DNA from: an uncultured virus (IMG/VR IMGVR_UViG_3300025786_000100) | Taxonomy: Duplodnaviria > Heunggongvirae > Uroviricota > Caudoviricetes | IMG/VR virus record: IMGVR_UViG_3300025786_000100 | Strand: one strand, 5' to 3' | Length of the DNA: 20,000 nucleotides | Part shown: one piece after another, positions 15,410-20,000 of the stretch | How positions within the stretch are numbered: position 1 is the stretch's first letter | How the letters are laid out: each line of letters starts with the position of its first letter | Translations under genes and position numbers: made by a program | The notes under the pieces: model-generated | Told to the model about the DNA's origin: nothing | The model's database searches: none | Seen by the model: the letters and a program-made list of their open reading frames with translations, nothing else

Positions 15410-17760
15410 ACGAAGCCGAAACCCGCGCAGAACTAATCGACCCCGCCATCAAAGAGGCTGGCTGGGGCGCCGTCGATAGCTCTCGCGTAGGCCGCGAAGT
15501 CCCAATTACTCTCGGCCGCCTCCAAGGCGCAGGCCGACGCGCCAAGCCCGATATCGCCGACTACGTTCTCTACTTCAAGAACGAGAAGCTCGCCGTCATC
15601 GAGGCCAAGCGCCGCGACGCCGAACTGACCGAGGGCGCCACACAGGCCAAGAACTACGCCGACAAGCTTCATGCTCGCTTCGCCTATTCCACGAACGGCC
15701 GCGGCATTTACCGCATCGACATGCAAACCGGAAAGGAAGGCGAGATCGACCGCTATCCGACCCCGGAAGAACTCTGGAACGCCGCCTTTTCCGAGGCCAA
15801 CACGTGGCGCGACCGATTCGCGGCGATCCCCTTCGAAGATAAGGGCGGCTTCTGGAAATCTCGCTATTACCAGGACACCGCCGTCAGCAAGGTCCTAGAC
15901 GCTATCGCTCAAGGCAAGGACCGCGTCCTGTTGACGATGGCAACCGGCACCGGCAAAACCTTCGTCGCCTTCCAGATCGCCTGGAAGCTCTTCCAAAGCC
16001 GCTGGAATCTTTCCGACTGGAAATCCGGCGCGGAGCCATCCCGAAGGCCCCGCATCCTCTTCCTAGCCGACCGGAACATCCTGGCGGACCAGGCCTATAA
16101 CGCCTTCTCAGCGTTCCCGGAGGACGCTCTCGTCCGTATCGCGCCCGATGCCATCCGCAAGAAAGGCCGCGTTCCCACGAACGGCAGCATCTTCTTTACG
16201 ATCTTTCAGACCTTCATGTCCGGCCGCGACGCCGACGGGAACCCCTCGCCCAGCTTTGGCGGGTACTCGCCGGACTTTTTTGACTTCATCATCATCGATG
16301 AATGCCACCGGGGCGGGGCCAAGGATGAGAGCCGCTGGCGCGGCATCATGGACTACTTCAAACCCGCCGTCCAGCTCGGCCTGACCGCAACCCCGCTGCG
16401 CAGACACAACGCCGACACCTATGCCTACTTCGGCAAGCCCGTCTATGTCTACTCGCTTAAAGAGGGAATCAACGACGGCTTCCTGACCCCATTCAAGGTC
16501 CAGCAGATCGCCACGACCCTGGACGACTACACCTTTACGACCGATGACGAGTTGATCGAAGGCGAGGTCGAAGAAGGGGAACGCTTCGCCGCTTCGGATT
16601 TCAACATCACGATCGAGATCAAAGAACGCGAGAAGTACCGGGTCAAGCTGTTCATGGATCGGATCAACCAAAACGAGAAGACCCTGGTCTTCTGCGCGAA
16701 CCAAGCCCACGCGCTCTTGGTGCGCGACCTTGTCAACCAGGCCAAAACCAGCACGGACCCCAATTACTGCGTCCGCGTAACCGCCGATGAGGGCGAGAAC
16801 GGCGAGCGGCAGCTTCGCGCCTTCCAGGACAACGAGAAGACGATCCCGACCATCTTGACCACCTCTCAAAAGCTCTCCACCGGCGTCGATGCTCGCAACG
16901 TCCGCAATATCGTTCTCATGCGTTCGATCAAATCGATGATCGAGTTCAAGCAGATCATCGGTCGCGGCACGCGCCTCTTCGACGGCAAGGACTACTTCAC
17001 GATTTACGACTTTGAGAAGGCCTATGAGCACTTCAACGACCCCGACTGGGACGGCGAGCCCGCCGAACCGGAGCCGCCGAAGCCCCGCCCCCCAGGCGAG
17101 CCCAAACCTGAACCCGAACCGACCGGCGATCCCGAGCCGCGGCCCGAGAAGGTCCGCATCAGGCTCTCAGACGGCAAGGTGCGCTCGATCCAGCACATGA
17201 CGGCCACTAGCTTCTGGAGTCCGGACGGCAAGCCCATTTCGGCCAAGCAGTTCGTCGAACGGCTCTATGGCGATATTCCGGCGCTGTTTAAGGACGAAGA
17301 CGAGCTTCGCGCGATCTGGAGCAAGCCCGACACCCGCCGAAAGCTCCTAGAAGGCCTTGAGGAGAGGGGATATGGTCGCGAACAACTCGAAGAGGTGAGG
17401 AGGATCGTTAACGCCGAGAGGAGCGATCTTTTTGACGTGCTGGCCTATATCGCCTACGCGATGGCTCCCAAGAGTCGCGAAGAGCGTGTTATCGACCATC
17501 GCGACGAAATTTACGCCTCGTACGCCGACCCCAAGCAGCAGGAGTTCCTCGACTTTGTCCTCAACCACTACATCGACCAAGGCGATGAGGAGCTCAACGA
17601 GGAGAAGCTTCCCGATCTTTTGCAGCTCAAGTACGCCTCCATCCACGACGCCACCGAGAAACTCGGCGCCGCCTCACTCGTACGCGAAATGTTCGTCGGT
17701 TTTCAAAAGCACCTCTATTCGCCCGAACGGGCCCAGGACGACAAGTCCTCTCGGCCATGA
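15406..17760 (+). CDS. hsdR: Type I RM restriction subunit (EcoAI/EcoEI-like)
   Basis: NEAETR...ADY...IEAKR nuclease, MATGTGKT, DECH, LTATP, QIIGRGTR. Confidence 0.95.
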   Translation: MNEAETRAELIDPAIKEAGWGAVDSSRVGREVPITLGRLQGAGRRAKPDIADYVLYFKNEKLAVIEAKRRDAELTEGATQAKNYADKLHARFAYSTNGRGIYRIDMQTGKEGEIDRYPTPEELWNAAFSEANTWRDRFAAIPFEDKGGFWKSRYYQDTAVSKVLDAIAQGKDRVLLTMATGTGKTFVAFQIAWKLFQSRWNLSDWKSGAEPSRRPRILFLADRNILADQAYNAFSAFPEDALVRIAPDAIRKKGRVPTNGSIFFTIFQTFMSGRDADGNPSPSFGGYSPDFFDFIIIDECHRGGAKDESRWRGIMDYFKPAVQLGLTATPLRRHNADTYAYFGKPVYVYSLKEGINDGFLTPFKVQQIATTLDDYTFTTDDELIEGEVEEGERFAASDFNITIEIKEREKYRVKLFMDRINQNEKTLVFCANQAHALLVRDLVNQAKTSTDPNYCVRVTADEGENGERQLRAFQDNEKTIPTILTTSQKLSTGVDARNVRNIVLMRSIKSMIEFKQIIGRGTRLFDGKDYFTIYDFEKAYEHFNDPDWDGEPAEPEPPKPRPPGEPKPEPEPTGDPEPRPEKVRIRLSDGKVRSIQHMTATSFWSPDGKPISAKQFVERLYGDIPALFKDEDELRAIWSKPDTRRKLLEGLEERGYGREQLEEVRRIVNAERSDLFDVLAYIAYAMAPKSREERVIDHRDEIYASYADPKQQEFLDFVLNHYIDQGDEELNEEKLPDLLQLKYASIHDATEKLGAASLVREMFVGFQKHLYSPERAQDDKSSRP

Positions 17761-17859
17761 ACTACGACGTCCCCATCTTCGACCCGATACATGCGCGATC
17801 CGAGGGAAACTTCTTCCCCGGCAATTCGCGCACGAAACGCCTCGTGCTGATACAACAGA

Positions 17860-18594
17860 ATGGATAAGAAGAAGGTCCTCGCCGACCACAAGCAAATCGG
17901 CAAGAAGTATATCCCGCCTATGGCCCAGCTTGGATTTTCCGAGATTCTCTGGACGGACAAGCTCGTCCCGGAACTCCTCTGGCTCGGACTTCTAAATGAT
18001 GCCCACGGACTTCAAGCCGGCGCAGATCTCGCCATCAGCCTCGCCAAGGCTGCGACCAAAACGTGGAAGAACGGCCATAAGAAGCTTTTCGCTTCCACCA
18101 GTTCTTTTTCAGCTCTCGACGACGGTCAACGGACCCTAATCGCTGCTGACTTAAAATCGTCCGATAAGCTCAATCCTATTCGGTCGGCCATTAAACCCCT
18201 GGCAGCGCTATATCCCAAGTGCCCACTCGGCTTTCTATTTGACGATGTTCCTGAGTTCGGGGAGGGCACCCATATAATGGACAGCTTTAAAGCTTCACTC
18301 GATCGCATGTTCTATCGTTGGGAAAAACCGGCAACGATGGCCCAGGCGAATGCCGTTTACATCGCGTTCGTGACGGATATTTTGAAGGTACGTAAGGGGC
18401 TATCGCTCGCCAATTTCCCGGCGATCGAGAAATTTCCGGATACCGAAGAGTCGAAACGCGTCGCGAGTGGAGTGCGATGCGCAGTGAGCATGTTCTTTTC
18501 TCCGCCCCACTACGACGATTCCTCTTCATGGCCGGCATACTTTTGGGATCGAGGCTTCAAAATCGAGCCTTGCATCCTTGAGAATCTCTCGTGA
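17860..18594 (+). CDS. Hypothetical protein, translationally coupled to the DUF5677-like gene
   Basis: 244 aa; conserved-looking N-terminus HKQIGKKYIPP...W...VPELLW; GTGA overlap at 18591-18594. Confidence 0.75.
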   Translation: MDKKKVLADHKQIGKKYIPPMAQLGFSEILWTDKLVPELLWLGLLNDAHGLQAGADLAISLAKAATKTWKNGHKKLFASTSSFSALDDGQRTLIAADLKSSDKLNPIRSAIKPLAALYPKCPLGFLFDDVPEFGEGTHIMDSFKASLDRMFYRWEKPATMAQANAVYIAFVTDILKVRKGLSLANFPAIEKFPDTEESKRVASGVRCAVSMFFSPPHYDDSSSWPAYFWDRGFKIEPCILENLS

Positions 18595-19421
18595 CACAAG
18601 AAAAAGTCCTAAAGCGTCTTGAAGAGGTCATCCGGAAATACCAGGACCTGGCAGAGCAAGAGTTGATCGCACGATGGAATGCCTGGATCGGGGACACTTC
18701 GACTACGGAAGTGCACGAGGTCGTCGGAGCGCTGCTGGCACGCCAGACCACCTTGGCGACGCAGTTCGCGGGTGCCCCGTCCACATGGAACGGGCATATG
18801 GCCCCACTGGTAATCCGGTCGATGGTGGATGCCCATATTTCTCTGTTATGGATTTTCCAGAAGCCCGACGAACGTGCAAATAAGTTCATCGCCTACGGGC
18901 TCGGCCAAGAAAAGCTCGCTCTAGAACATCTCAAGGTGGCCGTAAAGGAGCGCGGGGAGGATCCGGACAAGGACCCTGGAGTAAAGGCTCACGAGGCGTG
19001 GATCAATTCGCAGCGCTTCACCTTTCTGACCGAGGTGAACGTCGGAAGTTGGTCCGGCTCGGACACGCGAAAGATGGCGGATGAAGCCGGCTGCCTGGAG
19101 CTGTACCGCAGATCCTACCTCCCCTACAGTTTCGCGACGCATAACATGTGGAATCACGTGTCCAAGTACAACCTCCGCCAATGCGACAATCCTTTGCACC
19201 GCTATCACCGCGTTCCGAGCAGCCCGCAGATGTCTTTTGAACTCGAATACATACATGGTGCAGCCAGCTACTTAAAAAGGACTTTCGACGCGTTCGATTC
19301 CTATGCAAAAGTTGTCGTCTCCGTCGAACCCGCCGTAGAAGTCCTGCTATCGGGATTTCAGAAAATCCAGGAGAGCATTGATCCCGATGACAAAGCACCG
19401 GCCGTTGTCGGGGCCGGGTAG
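18591..19421 (+). CDS. DUF5677-like (HEPN-like) helical protein
   Basis: LVIRSMVDAHISLLWI...W...TRKMADEAG...Y...Y...SFATH, the R-s-x-x-(D/E) and Y..S...H pattern. Confidence 0.65.
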   Translation: MTQEKVLKRLEEVIRKYQDLAEQELIARWNAWIGDTSTTEVHEVVGALLARQTTLATQFAGAPSTWNGHMAPLVIRSMVDAHISLLWIFQKPDERANKFIAYGLGQEKLALEHLKVAVKERGEDPDKDPGVKAHEAWINSQRFTFLTEVNVGSWSGSDTRKMADEAGCLELYRRSYLPYSFATHNMWNHVSKYNLRQCDNPLHRYHRVPSSPQMSFELEYIHGAASYLKRTFDAFDSYAKVVVSVEPAVEVLLSGFQKIQESIDPDDKAPAVVGAG

Positions 19422-19490
19422 GCTGGTTGATGCCATGGGTACAATTTGTGGTCTTGCTAACTGGACTTATGGAGATGAGGAGGCATTCTC

Positions 19491-20000
19491 ATGCCGGATT
19501 TGATCGGAAAACAGAAAATCCAACTGGCGGCGGAGCGCGTTGGAAAGTATAAGGCACACCTTATCACGCTGAGAGGAAAGCTATTCACTGAATTCGGTGA
19601 GATCGAAGTTCCAGAGAAGCTCGCGGACGCCATCGACGGCGCAAGCGCACTACATGAGCACCTGCTTAAAGCCGGGGGGCATGTCGTGCTTGATGACGCA
19701 TCGACCGTTGTCTATATCGCAGCGCTTCGATGGCAAATCCTTCAGCTAGACTCTCAAATCTCCGAGAAACGCAACCGCGGAGCCTCTGAAGAAATGGTCC
19801 GCCCTTTGGCCGATAAGAAGAAGGAACTCGAGGCGGTGCTGGGTCAGAGCGCTTACGCGAAGTACAAAGACGTGACGCCTCTCCTTGAAGATTCCTATCT
19901 AAAACCGCGTCCCGACCTGAAAGCTGCCGTCGGCGTCCGTGCCCCGGAGTCAGGAAATTGCTTCGTCGTAATAGCATCCGATAAGGAGGAAGGGCAAACC
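19491..20000 (+). CDS. Hypothetical protein, truncated at window edge
   Basis: Not in the ORF track; GAGGAGG SD, ATG 19491, open to the edge (MPDLIGKQKIQLAAERV...ESGNCFVVIASDKEEGQT). Confidence 0.7.
   Translation, partial: MPDLIGKQKIQLAAERVGKYKAHLITLRGKLFTEFGEIEVPEKLADAIDGASALHEHLLKAGGHVVLDDASTVVYIAALRWQILQLDSQISEKRNRGASEEMVRPLADKKKELEAVLGQSAYAKYKDVTPLLEDSYLKPRPDLKAAVGVRAPESGNCFVVIASDKEEGQT

Noticed and set aside
17053..17150. Pro/Glu-rich repetitive stretch in hsdR
   Set aside because: An ordinary flexible linker before the C-terminal domain in this HsdR family, not a DNA repeat element.
1..20000. CRISPR array, IS transposase, retron or reverse transcriptase
   Set aside because: No regularly spaced repeats and no DDE/HUH transposase or RT motifs were seen.

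Overview
Accessory region built around a tRNA-Gly(GCC) gene (1851-1924), with two converging xis/tyrosine-integrase modules. On the left is the end of an element whose integrase ORF runs into the 5' end of the tRNA and uses a stop codon inside it. The middle (2.2-7.3 kb, minus strand) is defence-type cargo: a PD-(D/E)xK-like unknown, a DUF262-DUF1524 (GmrSD/SspE-like) protein, two small ORFs and a tightly coupled TIGR04255-HicB-HicA trio. The right part is a P4/PICI-like satellite or integrative element: integrase, excisionase, primase-helicase with an embedded iteron cluster, small regulators and a divergent control region. It is followed by a type I RM system (hsdM-hsdS-hsdR) and a putative defence module (unknown + DUF5677/HEPN-like + truncated ORF). 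The most notable observations are a small DUF2292-like gene followed by mutually exclusive antiterminator/terminator hairpins just upstream of the primase, the three-gene TA-like operon, and a 19-bp motif shared by both integrase modules. All family assignments are from motif recognition by eye; no searches were run.
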